From Phoronis australis (taxonomy: Eukaryota > Animalia > Phoronida): a stretch of DNA of 50,761 nucleotides. The translations under genes and the position numbers were made by a program. Shown one piece after another: positions 13,182 through 26,202 of this stretch. Position 1 is the first letter of the stretch, and the number at the start of each line of letters is the position of its first letter. The notes below the pieces were generated by a model. It ran no database searches, was not told where the DNA came from, and was given only the letters and a program-made list of their open reading frames with translations. Location of the stretch: the NCBI GenBank assembly GCA_002633005.1, contig NMRA01001135.1, positions 1 to 50,761 of the forward strand, read 5' to 3'.

Positions 13182-13562
13182 GTAAGAGCTTGTCACTTTT
13201 GCATCGTGGGTAGTAAGATTCTGCCTGCATGTGTTGCGCTACGAGAGACTGTGACCAGCAAGAGGAATCGTGGGTAGAAAATACTGCCTGCAGGTGTCGC
13301 GTCACGAAAGGAGTGTGACCAGCAAGTACACTGTCACAGTACATTGTGTGTTAGTTCGAAGATTCACCAACAAGAGAGCCATCCAACAAGTGTCGAGTCC
13401 CACAGCTTGGATAACAGAGACATGTAGGACGTTTGATATGCAGCACAGACTTTAGTCAATGAGTTTAGTCACCTTTTGACTAAGTTCACGAATAGCATGC
13501 GTGCGCTGTGGATGTAAACATTTCTCTTTTCCTCTTTTTTCCTTCTCTTTTGTTTTCTTGAT

Positions 13563-13780
13563 CATGCGCTCACCCAGGGGGTGAAGTGGGCAAAAAGGCC
13601 GCCTCAAAGGAACAAAAAGTCCAAGAAAACGAGATAAAAGTCTACTAAAAAGGCACGAACGTACAATTGACAGTTGTGAACGCGGTACCCCGCTTTTTTA
13701 GCCTCCCAAGTTTTTTGTTAGGAAAAGGTCCACATCCTAAAAAATTGAGCCCCCTATATTTTAGACTGGGTGCGCGCATA
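13563..13780. mobile_element. Short MITE with hAT-like termini
   Basis: Inverted ends CATGCGCTCACCCAG ... CTGGGTGCGCGCATA. Confidence 0.6.
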
Positions 13781-13890
13781 TTGAGGTCTTTCATACAATT
13801 CATTGCAATTTCAACCCAAAAGCCCCACAGTGTACAAGTACCTTTTACAGCAAGCGACCACAATGATTACTAAGCTGGAATTAAGATAAA

Positions 13891-13971
13891 TGTGTTTATA
13901 TGCGTGCGTGTGGTATGCATGTGTATGTGTATGCTTGTGTGCGTACGTGGGCACGTGGGCACGTGTGTGTG
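13891..13971. repeat. Degenerate (GT)n-like microsatellite
   Basis: Tract TGTGTTTATATGCGTGCGTGTGGTATGCATGTGTATGTGT... Confidence 0.7.
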
Positions 13972-14520
13972 CTATTTCAAGACAAAGAGAAGCAGAGTTT
14001 TTGCTACTTTAATCGAAAATTACTCCGAAATTGTAAACCTTTTTTTGGTATCATCCTTTAGAATCATGTGCGGCATGAACACAGTGTAAAAAATACTCAG
14101 AAGAAAATAAAACGCGTGCTAGTAGTGAATGCTGCCACAACAAATTCCTAAAAATTTTAAATAAGTCATTCTACATAAAAATAGGTATGAATACTTTCAT
14201 ACAACACATTTTCATCCTTGAAAGACAGTATAAGGCACCCTGATGGCATAAATTTTTCACGAAGCACTATTTACCCAATTGTTCGATATCCTATTGCGAA
14301 GTCCCAAAGGAGTGCTCCGTGAAATTGGTTCGTTTCCTCTTTCCTAGCTCTAAAGCATTGGTCAAGGGTTCGAAATGACATCATGCAGATGAACCGCCAG
14401 GACTTCGAGAAATCTCAAATTTCATCGCATCCCTATAGTAGTTCACCAGAGTGAAGCTATAGGGGGCTCGGGCGTACTACATACACGTGCAGTTTCAGGA
14501 AACAAATAAATCAAGGCATG

Positions 14521-14970
14521 GAGTCCACTGCCCAATTGCATGAAACAGTCCCAAATATAGACTCAACCAAGTTCCCTAAATCTACTGAGCAATTGTGAAC
14601 CTGCGAAAACGCCGATTGTCCTTTCTTATGCTATTTTAGTTCGGTTACTAAGTCAGGTTTTAGTATTGTTACAAACCGAGAGTGAACTTGAAGTTGAATT
14701 GTCAATATTATTGAAAATACATGTAAGTAGGGACCTTTTCATGCAACACCCCCATTTTAAGGACTAAGTCCCTAATTATTTTGATTGAATTACGGGCTCA
14801 GGTTTTAGGTGTATGATTAGAAAATGCCGTTAGTCAATGAATAGCTCAAAACAATGATAAAATTATATAAAAAATCACATCTGTGCCTAAAGAACGAAAC
14901 AAATACGAAAAAGAGGTAACTTAGTTCAGTCCCTATTTGGGACTGTTTCATTCAACCGGCCACTGTGACC
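14521..14970 (-). mobile_element. MITE-like repeat, copy B
   Basis: Terminal inverted repeats TTGCATGAAACAGTCCCAAATA ... TATTTGGGACTGTTTCATTCAA. Inverted homologue of 10862-11285. Confidence 0.78.
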
Positions 14971-16277
14971 TGATCGTGGTCCGCTGGGTTTAACTTACCA
15001 CCACCAGTCCAACGTAATATTGCATCAAATTGTTTTATAAGTGTTGGTCTACAGAGGTAATTTACCACCATCAGCGCAATGCAATATTGCGTCTAATTGT
15101 TTCGTCGGTGTCTAGAGATCAACACACCTGAGGAAAAGCAAACAAATTTAATATCTGCTGTGTGTCTCATGTTTGATATCTAAAGCGTACAAGCCCCTAT
15201 AGTACGTGTGGAAACAGCAACACCCTAGTTTGCGATTATCGCAGTCGTAAGCTAATACGTATTGTAAAATGGCCGTGCATATTGCACATTGGCGTATAAG
15301 CTGGATGGGAAAAATCAATTCAGGTGGAGGCGGGGGGTGGAATTGGTGGGCACCGAGCTCATATACGGAGAAGTTTAAGTCATTATACCCACCTATCAAA
15401 AAGAAAAGTTCAGGGCCCGTATCTAATACCTGTATTTGGAATCGAATTGGAAGTTAATTTTGACATTTCCCGTTCTACGTTTGCGCGAACTCAAGAACAG
15501 TGTCCATTAACCTGTACTCGAGTACATTATGATTTAGGAAGATGCGCTCCATGCACACTTAAAGAGGAAATTGCAAGGTTCAAACCAATCTGAACAACAT
15601 TATGGTTTAAATTCTAGTTTATAATTATCATTGCTATATTAACTGAAGTGTACGTCGCTATACAAAGTTATTTACATACTTAGTGCCATGGTGTTGTAAC
15701 GCATTTTTGTAACGACGAATAGAAACGGCGCCATTTTCGTTCGTTACACATCCGTGACGTGGTTTGTGGAACACAAAGGAAGCAATGTGTGTCCAAGTGA
15801 GTACAGCAGCGTAGATCAGGAATACTTTGAAAGATACAGGGACGGACAGTTGGACTTTTAAGATGATTCCGACCTTTCGGATGTGGAGGAGGAGGTGACA
15901 GATCCCATAGGAACAATTTGTGTTCACAGCTTTTCTGTAGTGGAGCCGTTCTCCCTCGATCCCATCCACGGCCCTTTCTCCGGTCGTTGAAGACTCAGCC
16001 CCAGCCGGTTCGTCCAGTGGACATCCACGGGCACAAGGTGCGCAGGAGTTGCAATTGGATGTTAATGACTGGTAAGAATATTATCAATATGTATCCTACA
16101 ACCGCGAATTATTACTTGGTCAAAAGTATGTCCTTTACCAGTCAGTCCCAGGCGCCCACATCCCCACTTGTGAATCGTGTTTCAGCCGTGGATAAATACC
16201 AGTTTTAGTGATAAAAAACTGGGATTTTTTCATTTTAGCAAATCACTCAAAACGTTCTTGGTCTGTGATTATTTGTA

Positions 16278-16480
16278 GACAGTGTGGCTCATTGGTTTGA
16301 GGTCGTTAGATTCAGGTTAGAGTCCTGGCTTTCACTGGCAGACAATTGAGCATTGCACAAAAGCACAAAATTGTCTCCTACTTCTCTGAGACTGAGCTGG
16401 GTGTTACTTGCAAGTGAATAAATATATGCAAGGGAATGAATGAGAACCACTTTGGAATAAGCGACTCTAAAGTGTAAGAA
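16278..16480 (+). mobile_element. Possible decayed tRNA-derived SINE inside the intron of the ballast-like gene
   Basis: A-box-like TGGCTCATTGG and B-box-like GGTTAGAGTCC at Pol III-like spacing. No complete tRNA cloverleaf. Confidence 0.35.
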
Positions 16481-16534
16481 GAGGATGAAAGAATCGCAAT
16501 TTTATAATTTAGACTTTCTCACCTCGGTGCTTGG

Positions 16535-16606
16535 NNNNNNNNNNNNNNNNNNNNNNNNNNNNNNNNNNNNNNNNNNNNNNNNNNNNNNNNNNNNNNNNNN
16601 NNNNNN
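16535..16606. other. Assembly gap (72 N)
   Basis: Run of N. Confidence 1.
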
Positions 16607-17689
16607 GGTTTGAAACCTGTATACATCAATCGTGATGTTTTGGACTGTATGGCTGCAATACAAAAGTTAATATCCTTATGCCTATGACAGACCATTGGAT
16701 AAAAGGATGCGACACGTGGCCTACAGACAGTTCCAAAGATGGGTACACGGTCACATAGGACAAACTGTTCGTGATGTCATTCCAGTAAGCGCAATAGCCT
16801 GCATCAGAGCTTTCTACCCTCCGCTAGGAAATGAGGAGGACCCTTGAGTTCCATGGATTTTCTTAATAGTTCCATCCATTTATAGATATCAACAGTTGTC
16901 TCAGCCTTGGAATGCTAACTCCTGTACATGACCTATGGTTTCAGAATGGTAAATAATTGAAACAACGAGTTACATTTATTGATGCTCATCAATCTGGTTA
17001 GTTATAATAACATGGTCATGACAAGTGTTATTTAACTAGGACTTCACTATAAACCTCTAAACTCAACATCAGTTAAATTTATGGTTTAAGAGAGGAATTG
17101 GTCTCATTGGAGTCCAGTTTGTGCGCTTGAAGCAAACACATTGAACAGTATGGATGTTACATAAAAAATGTTTTGAATCTGGGCCATTGTCTGAGGTCGA
17201 CACAGAATGTCCTGCCCTCTTCTTATATAGTAGAACTCTCTAAATTGGTAGTGCTTCAGCGGGAACTTTAGAAAGGTTAGCATCAATTCCGCAGTAACGC
17301 CTCCAAATAACTCTGACTTTGACGAAATATCTCAGTCTCACTGGATCCAGCTTAGCGAGTTCTACAGTAATTCAATTAGATATCAACTAACACGACACCG
17401 CAACCACTAAATCTCAACAAAAAAGCTCCAGTATGCAATAGCTTTAGATGTCTATGCCATGGTATGAAAACACAAAAAGTACTCACACGTGTGTAGGAAG
17501 TGGGAAATCTGGAGGGAGTGCTTGTACCACTCACGCAAGTTGTTATTCTGTGTACAATTTGGGTAATACTGTTGCACAAAAAGACTGACGACCGAAACTG
17601 GTACCTTTTCACCCCCACGTAAGAAAGTCTCATTATACCGATCTACTGTATGGGACAGCAACAGTTTAGTGTAAATCAAGTATACCTAA

Positions 17690-19345
17690 ACAGCAGGACC
17701 TGCACCTCAACTTATCCAGGGACCTAATGGTAATACGCTTGCTACAGACCAGGAAAATGGTGAAGCCTTTCATCTAAGATACCAGATCCAACTGCAGCCA
17801 GATGGCCCTGACATTGTCCAGCAAGCATTACGCACAATGAACCAGCATATCGAGGAGAATGGTCAAAACAATGACCAACCACTCTCACTTGAAGAACTAG
17901 ATGCAACCCTACGTTCGATGAGTAAAGACTCGGCTCCCGGGCCGGATGGAGTTAAATACTCTAACCTGAAAAGCATGAGCCCAGAGGGAAGAGCCAGCTC
18001 TTTCAGATCATAAACAGTTCACTTGTTGATGGAACCATGGACCAGGACCTCAAAGACTGCAGCATGGTGGTTCTTCCAAAGCCGATGAAAGACCATAGCA
18101 AACTGAAGGGATACAGAATCATCACCATGGCGAACACCTGGGCAAAAATTACGAAAAAAATTGCATATGACCTAGAGAGACGTGGTTGTCTATCACCGAG
18201 AGTTGGAGGAGCTAGACCAAGAAGATCCACTGCCTCCAACGTTGAAGCGATACAGCATGAAATTCATCAGGGAATACAGGTTTCGCAACCCACTGCAATT
18301 GCTCTCTTCGATCTGGAAGACGCCTACAACAAAGTGGATGTGGGTATTCTTGCCAACAAACTCAGACAAATGAAGGTGTCCGATATGATGATCCGTTGGA
18401 TTCTAGTCTTGCTGGATACCCGCAGATGTCAACTCAAATTCGGCAAGTGACAGTCAAGCATCTTCGAAGCAAGCTCAGGCCTCCCGCAAGGGTCCCCTCT
18501 CAGCTCAGTGCTCTTTAACGTCTACTCGGCAGATCTCATACAAGCAGCAAGTGTAGGTGGAGCTTCACCATACAGCTATGTTGATGACTTGCTAGTCGCC
18601 AATGAGGCGAACACTCCAAGACATGCGTGGAGGGCCTGCAATCAGCAAGCGATGGTGTGGCCAATTGGACCGAAGACAACAAGATATCCATCCAACCAGA
18701 TAAAGGGGAAGGAATGTTAGCCTCACGAGGTTATTACATGTTCACCCTGGGATATAGGGGAGCCTTGATACCTCAAGTGGCTGAAGTTACCTATCTAGGA
18801 ATTAAGATGGATCGAAGAATGATGATGAACTCCCATGTCGAATTCCTAGCTGAGAAAGGTGTCAAGAGCCTGTCACTGTTGAGATATGCAGCAGCCCATC
18901 AGATCCAACAAAAGAGCCTGTTGCAGCTCATGAATGCAACTGTCGGCGCAAGAACTGAGTATGGGCTCCATCTTTGCCTATGTGCCTCCCAACAGTCAAT
19001 GACCAAACTACAGAGGATTCAAAACCAGGCCATGAGGATAGTAACCAGTGCAGCGAGACCCACTCCGGTAGACAGTTTCCAATACTGGTTAGGTATCAAT
19101 ATCATCCGTACTAAACAGAAGACACTAGCAGCCCAAGCATTTCTAAAGGCAGCTACAACCAATTCTCATCCTCTGTACCTGGACTTGAGAGAACGCAGTG
19201 ATGAGGACACTGCGCAGGGGCTGAAAACTGTTCAATTATGGGTTATCGGAGCTAGGGAGCTTGTCGAAGAGGTATGTCCAGTGGAGAACATCAACAGCAT
19301 AGAGTGGTCCAAAGCCACAAACTTTGTCATCAACACCATGGAGAC
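17690..19345 (+). mobile_element. Truncated, decayed non-LTR retrotransposon (LINE) reverse transcriptase, probably I/Jockey-group-like
   Basis: Motifs in the expected order across frameshifts and stops: SAPGPDGV, YRIITMANTWAKI, ALFDLEDAYNKV, GLPQGSPLSSVLFNVY, YVDD, VTYLGIKMD, LQRIQNQAMRIVTSA. No endonuclease domain or poly-A tail seen. Confidence 0.93.
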
Positions 19346-21776
19346 AACACCAGTAAACCATGTTGTCATGCAACCGTCAGAAAAAAACGATTAAGGCGAT
19401 ACACACATTTCTACTTCAAAACAGGTGTACCATAATGTCGTTTTTGTGCACACGTTTTGTTTTTAAGTGACCCAATGACGGGGGTTCTGTCCATAACGGA
19501 GAAGGCGGTGTCCCTGTACCGAGGCTAAAAATCCATCAGATACATGCACATGTGTCAGGCTCATTGTAACGAGTTCAGGTAATGAAAGCTAATAAGTCTA
19601 TTCACGTGTTATTGAACTCGGCACAATTACCTGCTCATAGAAAACTTCAATTAAGAAAGTCTCTAATGAGATGGCTTCTCCCTTAAAAATCCCGATTTGC
19701 GATTTTTTTCAAAATATGACGCAACCGTACCAAACTCACTAATTGTGTTTCTCAAGTCTACCTATCTAACTCCGTTGCCAAGGATTAAACTTCAATGATC
19801 TAACGTTAACCCATTAAAAACACCCATGGTGACAAATACGTTTTTTGTGCACCGAAGTAATTCCAGGTGCTAAATTATTATTTACTGGATTATTTTTTCT
19901 AAATATCACTCTGTATGTTTCCTAGACCTCCACAGCGTGAACGTTTTTGCTTGTAATTTGTTAATTGTGTTCTATAAACAACATTTGCTCCGTCACGTAG
20001 CTACATACATGTAAGTGCGGACATGATCTTACGCAGACTTCGTTTCTGTAAACATCGATGACTTCCAAAATATCCGTGCCAGGGATCTTATCTTTTAACT
20101 TCAGATCGAACTCGAAATGAGTTTTTGCATTTTCTGTTCTACTTTGCTGCCAACTGTGTCTAATCGTCTATGCTCGAGTACATGATGGTTTTGGTGATTA
20201 AATGTCTAATCCTAGTTTGAACTTAATGACCCTTTCAAATTTCGACTTTTTACAAGAAATATCGAGTTTTACTCGAGTTCTTAGCTCGAACAAATGAGAA
20301 CTTGGAATAAAAATTCCTTTGCATAGACTACAAAGCATTCAAGCACAGAATAATATACTTGTACACTTATCATGAGAGCACAGAAAAGTCTTGTAAAGAA
20401 ATGTGTGATGACACTTGGCTTACCTCAAAAACCAAATGCTGGCTAGTGGTTTGGTAATTGGCCAATTATGTTGTACAGCCAGCAGAATTAATGAGGAACA
20501 TATTATTGCAACATTAAACAAATGTTTCACGTTGTAAAAGCCCCATTTTTGTCCAATATTCTAAATTCAAACACCTAATTACATATGCTTTTTAGGAACT
20601 ATTCAAATGTAATTTACAGACTTTCAAAATAAAAATTTAAAAATACTATTGTCTCCCCAAATGTGTTAATGATGGGTTTCATTATCTAGAGAGCGATAAC
20701 ATCAACAGCCTGAGGCGATTTAGTTCACCAATCATCATGGTGTTTTTGATCTAAATTGGCAGATTGTGTGGTGCGCAAACCGGTCAAGTTTCCAAATGTC
20801 TACCGGTTAGGGTATCAACGTAGGATTCTTTTCACGTAAAACAGAAAAATGACAAAACATAATTTCGATTTAAAGTTGCATGTCCTCCTGTTAACCATAG
20901 ATCCCTATCCCAAAAGTTGTAGGTATAGCTGTCCGACGAAACAAAAATGCTAATCTATGTCCTCTATTTTTTAAATTTATTTTTGCAGCGATCAAAGGGC
21001 TTGACTTCGAATTCCACGAAGAACAAAGAGGGCATTTTAGTTAACACTAACTCTTCAAAATCGTATTGATGGCCCTTTGAATCAAAGTGCAGGCTATACT
21101 ACCTCTTCGGAGTTACATGTATATTGGGAAGGAGATTGTCTACATAACCTTAATTTTGTTATTTTCAATTCATATTTCTGATGTTTAAGAAACATCAAAA
21201 GCAATATACCACATTGAAAATTGTTTCAAGTTAAGACCAGACGCTTGTTTCGGCCCTAAACCCGACTGTCAAAAACGTGTACTTGGATGTTTAATTTTAA
21301 GTCCATGAAATTTCATTTTGATTGACGAATTGCTATATTTTTGGCTGAATTTGAACTACATTTTTTCCTCCAGTATCGTATCACTGTGGCGAAAATCTAT
21401 GCGTGTTCAAATTTCAAATAGCTTTTAAATGTTGAAACTGTTCTTAAATTTTAATTTTTTGTCGATAAAATGGCAATAGAGCAAAGCTCACTGGTACAAC
21501 GCCTGTTCTGGCTAATATATCTAATTGTGTTGTAAGGCATTAAAATTTTAAATGCAGCTTAAACAATGTTTATCACAAGCATATAAATAAAGCGTACAGT
21601 CATGTACATGGCCGCTATTTGAACGTCAAATCTTCACTTTCCACAATCTTCCATACACGTACATGTGATGTATTCTTTTCGCATGTTCAATAATTATTTT
21701 ACATCCAAAACAATTTTCAGGAAAATAGTAATCGGCGTTTTAAACAAAAGTAGAGATGGTTTATTTACTTACTCAC

Positions 21777-21860
21777 CTTAAAGTAATCCTTAAATGTTTT
21801 GAATTCTGAGGGTTCGTAAAATACGCCATCACACAGACAAAACCATGTCTTGCATGCCAT
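21777..21860 (-). other. Candidate first exon with a 28-codon ORF
   Basis: ATG...MACKTWFCLCDGVFYEPSEFKTFKDYFK ends on a consensus donor AAG|GTGAGT. CCAAT and CCGGAAA motifs lie just upstream (21905-21935). Confidence 0.35.
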
Positions 21861-22869
21861 TTACACGAGACACTCGATACTAATCATTCCATCCATCTAG
21901 CTAACGCTGATTGGCCAGTATTCACTTTCCGGTCCGTTCATGTCGCAGAATAGCACTTACATGTATAAAGCAACTCTTCCTTTCCGCTTAGGTGGCACAG
22001 TAGAGCTGGATTGTAGCTGCGGTCAATTTGTACTCAAATAAGGATACACGTGCTATAAAAATGACTCGGGAGAAATCACTAAAATCTGCTACTAAGATAC
22101 AAGTTCTATTATTTGAAAACCAGGAAAAGTCAACACTCATGTAACAGAGTTTTCACTCCTCATACACTTAGTGATGCGAAAATGACACCGAGCAGGTCAC
22201 TTAAAATGACATTGTCGACTAGTAAAGCAAGAAGTCGGCCTCAACGCTGATGGTGACATTGTGGAGTTAGACTGAAGCCGCGGCCAATTTGTACTCGCTT
22301 TAAAAGTACTCTTTGGGATTGGCCAGGTTTGGTGGTAGTTTTGAAGTCAATCTGGTTTACTTATATTTTTGAACATGTCTGTCCTCTAGATCGGCTTTGG
22401 GTACACATTTCTTCAAAATGACGAACCCTATAGCATTCTTGCATTGCTGCGTAAAACGAGTGAGAAATTTGCTGCCACTGCACGTCGCCTGAAATATACA
22501 TCATGAACGCGGAACTGCACAAAATTGTGTACGACGAATATGTAATTTCGTCAGTAAATACAATTTGAAAAAAGAAACTGTGAGATGAAAATACGTTATA
22601 TTGTAAACGAGTATAGGCAACAGAAAGCAAATAATAAAAAAATGGAATCATGTCTATTCTCTCTTCCTAAGTTTAGTAGAACAGGGTCATTGGTAGCCGC
22701 TCGTGAAAATATTTCCGTGACAACGATAGCACTCTTAAAATTCGCCATTTCAGATCATGTTCTTACGCCACCTTCTGCTTTTTAACCATCAAACTTGAGC
22801 TTGGGATAGTTATTCAGTGACGTAATGCGATTACGAAATGTGTAAACAGAGCAAACTAAACATACATTG

Positions 22870-22953
22870 GTCGAGGGGGTGTGGGTCGTGAGGGTTGTAG
22901 GTCGAGGTGGTCGTGGGTCGAGGAGGTCGTTGGGTGAAGGAGTCGAGGAGTTC
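22870..22953. repeat. Degenerate G-rich minisatellite (GGTCG(A/T)GG units)
   Basis: GGTCGAGG / GGTCGTG recurs about 6-7 times. Confidence 0.7.
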
Positions 22954-24310
22954 TTAAAGCAATACCATAACAAGACACATTTCTCTAAATTGTGATTTTG
23001 TTTCATGTTTTGTAATATGTTACTTTCTTCTTCAGGTTATATGAAAGCAACAAATTGTGGAGAATCTTAACCGATTTACAGGCTACATTTGGATTATGAA
23101 GTGTGAACCCTATTGGGATCGTTCATTCCTAGATCTTCATATCTTTACTGTCGTGCTTGTCAAATTCTTAGTTTAAGGGGAAACAGTTTTACAGTGCTCA
23201 ATGTTTACATAAGCATCATACATGTACATACTTTTTGTTTCCTTGTCTTCTAAACACCACCTTAATTACTGACACTCTCTGAGCCAAAATGGGCTATTTT
23301 GGGCCAAAAGAACCACGATGCTCTAACTTACAAAAATAACGGCCAAAAATTTAAATAAACATTCCGAACACATTTTTCAGCATGTAGGAACACACATTTT
23401 TTTTTTCAAGATCCGAGTCGGTGACCCTTGAGTCGGCCTTTCGGTGCACTCGTAGAATGACAATTAAACACCATTATAGAAACAACAATTCTAACAACCC
23501 TAAACGTCTCGAAATACTATTGTTGAAATAGTTTTTTTCCAGTTTCCTCTATTGAAAGGCGTTTCCTGAGCATTGTTTTTCAGCGCAGTGGATTTTACAG
23601 CACTGTGTTCATTTGCTAAGCACAAAACTGACTCAACAGACGTATTCCTCGAGTACACTGATATTAAAACTTGATTTTTCAGAAAAATCCTTCTTTATTT
23701 TTAATTAAACAAAACAATAATCAAAAAATGCACCTCTATAACACGTACACGTACAACATAATGTAAAATTGAGCGATATTTTTCATAATATTAAACAATT
23801 ACAAGCTTATCCGTCATCAATTTTAAGGCACTGTCCAAAACTCCTTGAGAAAGAACAACTGAGAATCGAAAATACGTATGCATCGTAACAATACTGAGAT
23901 TGTGAAGTGAGCTCTTGAAGACTAGTCACACAACGTCTCTATAGACAGGACTGACGGTAGAACACTACTTAACAAACACAGGTAATGGTGAAACACAAAT
24001 GCTCCAGGACCCCCGGAAAAGTGGCTGACATTTTACTCAGAAATTTCATCTGACAATCCCCACAGCTATTTCCGAAAACTAGTTTTATCTCGCCTCAGCA
24101 ATCGTGCAAGTTCTCTTAAAATAGACACGTGATTATTTGTTGCTCAAACTTTGAGGTGCTAATATGTACATGTACATTGCAAAAAGTTACTCACTGATGG
24201 CGAAATGGGAACTAAGTTAAATTTTCTGACTTGAGCCACTTTTCATGAACCAGTGAGCTCATTTGATCAAAATTTACGCCAGGTTGAGCTTGTTAAAGCA
24301 TATTCTTGGC

Positions 24311-24420
24311 TTAAAGTCTCCATAATTGTCCACAGAAATCTTCAGGGCAAAGCATCAGACTGACGTGTCTTAACGGTTCCAACTCGTTTCCGGTAAACAT
24401 CTGCTTCAGCGACACAAAAA
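24311..24420 (-). CDS. Uncharacterised gene, putative last coding exon
   Basis: TAG acceptor. In frame with the upstream exon it gives IFVSLKQMFTGNELEPLRHVSLMLCPEDFCGQLWRL*. Confidence 0.4.
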
Positions 24421-24743
24421 CTAGCGCATTATACACCAGTTGTTCTTCTCAGTTCCTTTTTGTGAAACAGGATCGTGGAATACAGTCACTGGAAGTATAA
24501 CAGAACAATCAACAATATCACGCGGCGTAATCACACCACAATGACGTCGTTACACGGTAGGACGTCACGAAAACTGGATATGTTTTACTAATCCAGTCAG
24601 TACCGTATTAAACCGTAACAGACAGTAAGGTTTGTGAGGCACGTTGCCTAAGGAGGCTTCTCAGTCACAGTTGCTTGTATTGCATACCTTATACACGTGA
24701 GTTGAACAACTTGGATTTGGTACAAACGCATTGAAGTACTTAC

Positions 24744-24884
24744 TTGAAGTAAACTGCTGTTTCTTTTGGAGATCCTCGCCTACAGACACGTTAACACCTT
24801 TACCGTAGTCGGTTGATGTTGGAACTATCTCTGCTGCAGTGAGAATGTTTTTCAGACGGGAAATATCATCTTGGGTAACCACAC
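24744..24884 (-). CDS. Uncharacterised gene, putative internal exon
   Basis: CAG acceptor, consensus A|GTAAGT donor, 141 nt, phase 1-1: VVTQDDISRLKNILTAAEIVPTSTDYGKGVNVSVGEDLQKKQQFTS. Confidence 0.5.
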
Positions 24885-26202
24885 CTGTATGTAAGCAGAA
24901 AGATGGTCACTTGAAAGCTTCAAGGTATATATTTTACCCCAGAAGTAGATTGATGTAGCAGTTTTATTGCCTCATAGGAATAAGGTAACACACTATGACT
25001 CCAAAGAATTAGCGAAGAAAACGAATCATTATATCTTTGCTTATATATGCAAAATGGTAAAATGTAATGATGCAATAAACAACACAAAGACAATAACGAA
25101 GACAAAAGGAACTAATACGGAATTAAAAGAAAAACATATTAACAAAAAAACAAAAAGAAAAACACAAATCACAGCATATCATAGAAATGAAATCAATGCT
25201 TACTATTGCATTTAAAAAGAAATCACAAAGATTTTGAAGTAACAAAACATTGCAATTCATGATGATCTAAACTGTGGCAACCTTATAATAAACACATGCC
25301 TACACCTAAGGTTATCAAAATAAAACCAGATCTGATCACTGCATTGGAGGATACGATGAAGTTCCGTGATCTTGCTTGCATCAGCACCACATACTGAAGA
25401 AGAACTCTGTGTAACGCGTAAGACAGTACGTAGTGGTATCAAAAATATTCCGGTGATAAAAAGTCATGAGCTGACGGAAACATGGACTACCGCATAAAAC
25501 GTGGTAGTTATTCAACTCACCGTCAATAAACATGTGTCGTTTCCCCATGGCTTGCATCACTTCCTTCGTATTTCGCCACGAAGCTCCCATTTTACCAGCT
25601 CGCAGTAACCTTTCAACGTGCAATGTACATGTGAACGTGAAGCACTGTCACTAACAATGGGAAACGTATGCTACATAGGTGTGCAAAATAAAAGCGGCCG
25701 TACAGAAACTTAAAGGAGAAAATCGTAATATCGCAGATACAGGTTGTGATCAAACGTGTTCTTTCTATCAAATTATTGTATAACTGAATCGGTATTTTAA
25801 TAAATAATAAATTGTCTCTAAATATATGTGATCAATAAAACAATTCGACCACTTACTGTAGATTAGTTTAAAAAATGCAAGAACAGGATTTCAAACAGAA
25901 CACATTGCTGACTGCTGGACTGTTGAGCGGTAGGTTGTTTGGATTCAAAATCGCCGCCAACAAGAGAATATTTAATATGAATTGTTTCTATAATTGTGGT
26001 TTTTGATTTTAATATTAGGAGTCACGTGACAAAAAGCAGCATAACGACGATAAGTGTGATAAACATTGGCAGTTACACGACCAGAAAAATTAAACTGAGT
26101 TAAAAGATTGTAGTGTTAAAAGCAAAAATCGCGCACAAAGACATTTTGTGACACTTTGTTACTTTGAGCAATAAACATGCTTATCATCGCAATAAGCAGT
26201 AC

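Larger units (their letters stand above)
15786..16866 (+). pseudogene. P2X7 cytoplasmic ballast-like (KolX/nanor-type) gene remnant, interrupted by an intron and the N-gap
   Basis: Acidic first exon (DDSDLSDVEEEV...VEPFSLDP...QLDVNDW, then GTAAG donor near 16072). After the gap: GLKPVYINRDVL [frameshift] TVWLQYKS*YPYAYDRPLDKRMRHVAYRQFQRWVHGHIGQTVRDVIPVSAIACIRAFYPPLGNEED [frameshift] EFHGFS*. The RHxAYR...W..G..G...R..IP......IR..(F/Y)P....GF pattern is the P2X7 C-terminal signature. Confidence 0.85.

Noticed and set aside
16278-16340. tRNA gene
   Set aside because: A/B-box-like motifs are present but there is no acceptor or anticodon stem. At most a SINE head.
16607-16866. Genuine P2X7 receptor gene
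   Set aside because: No P2X transmembrane or ectodomain exons nearby, and the fragment contains stops and frameshifts.
18037-19394. Active retrotransposon or domesticated RT
   Set aside because: In-frame stop at ~18448, several frameshifts and truncation at both ends.
15559-19686. One Kolobok element from TTAA|AGAGG (15559) to TTCTCCC|TTAA (19686) with the LINE nested inside
   Set aside because: The two putative ends do not pair convincingly as TIRs, so the right boundary is unsupported.
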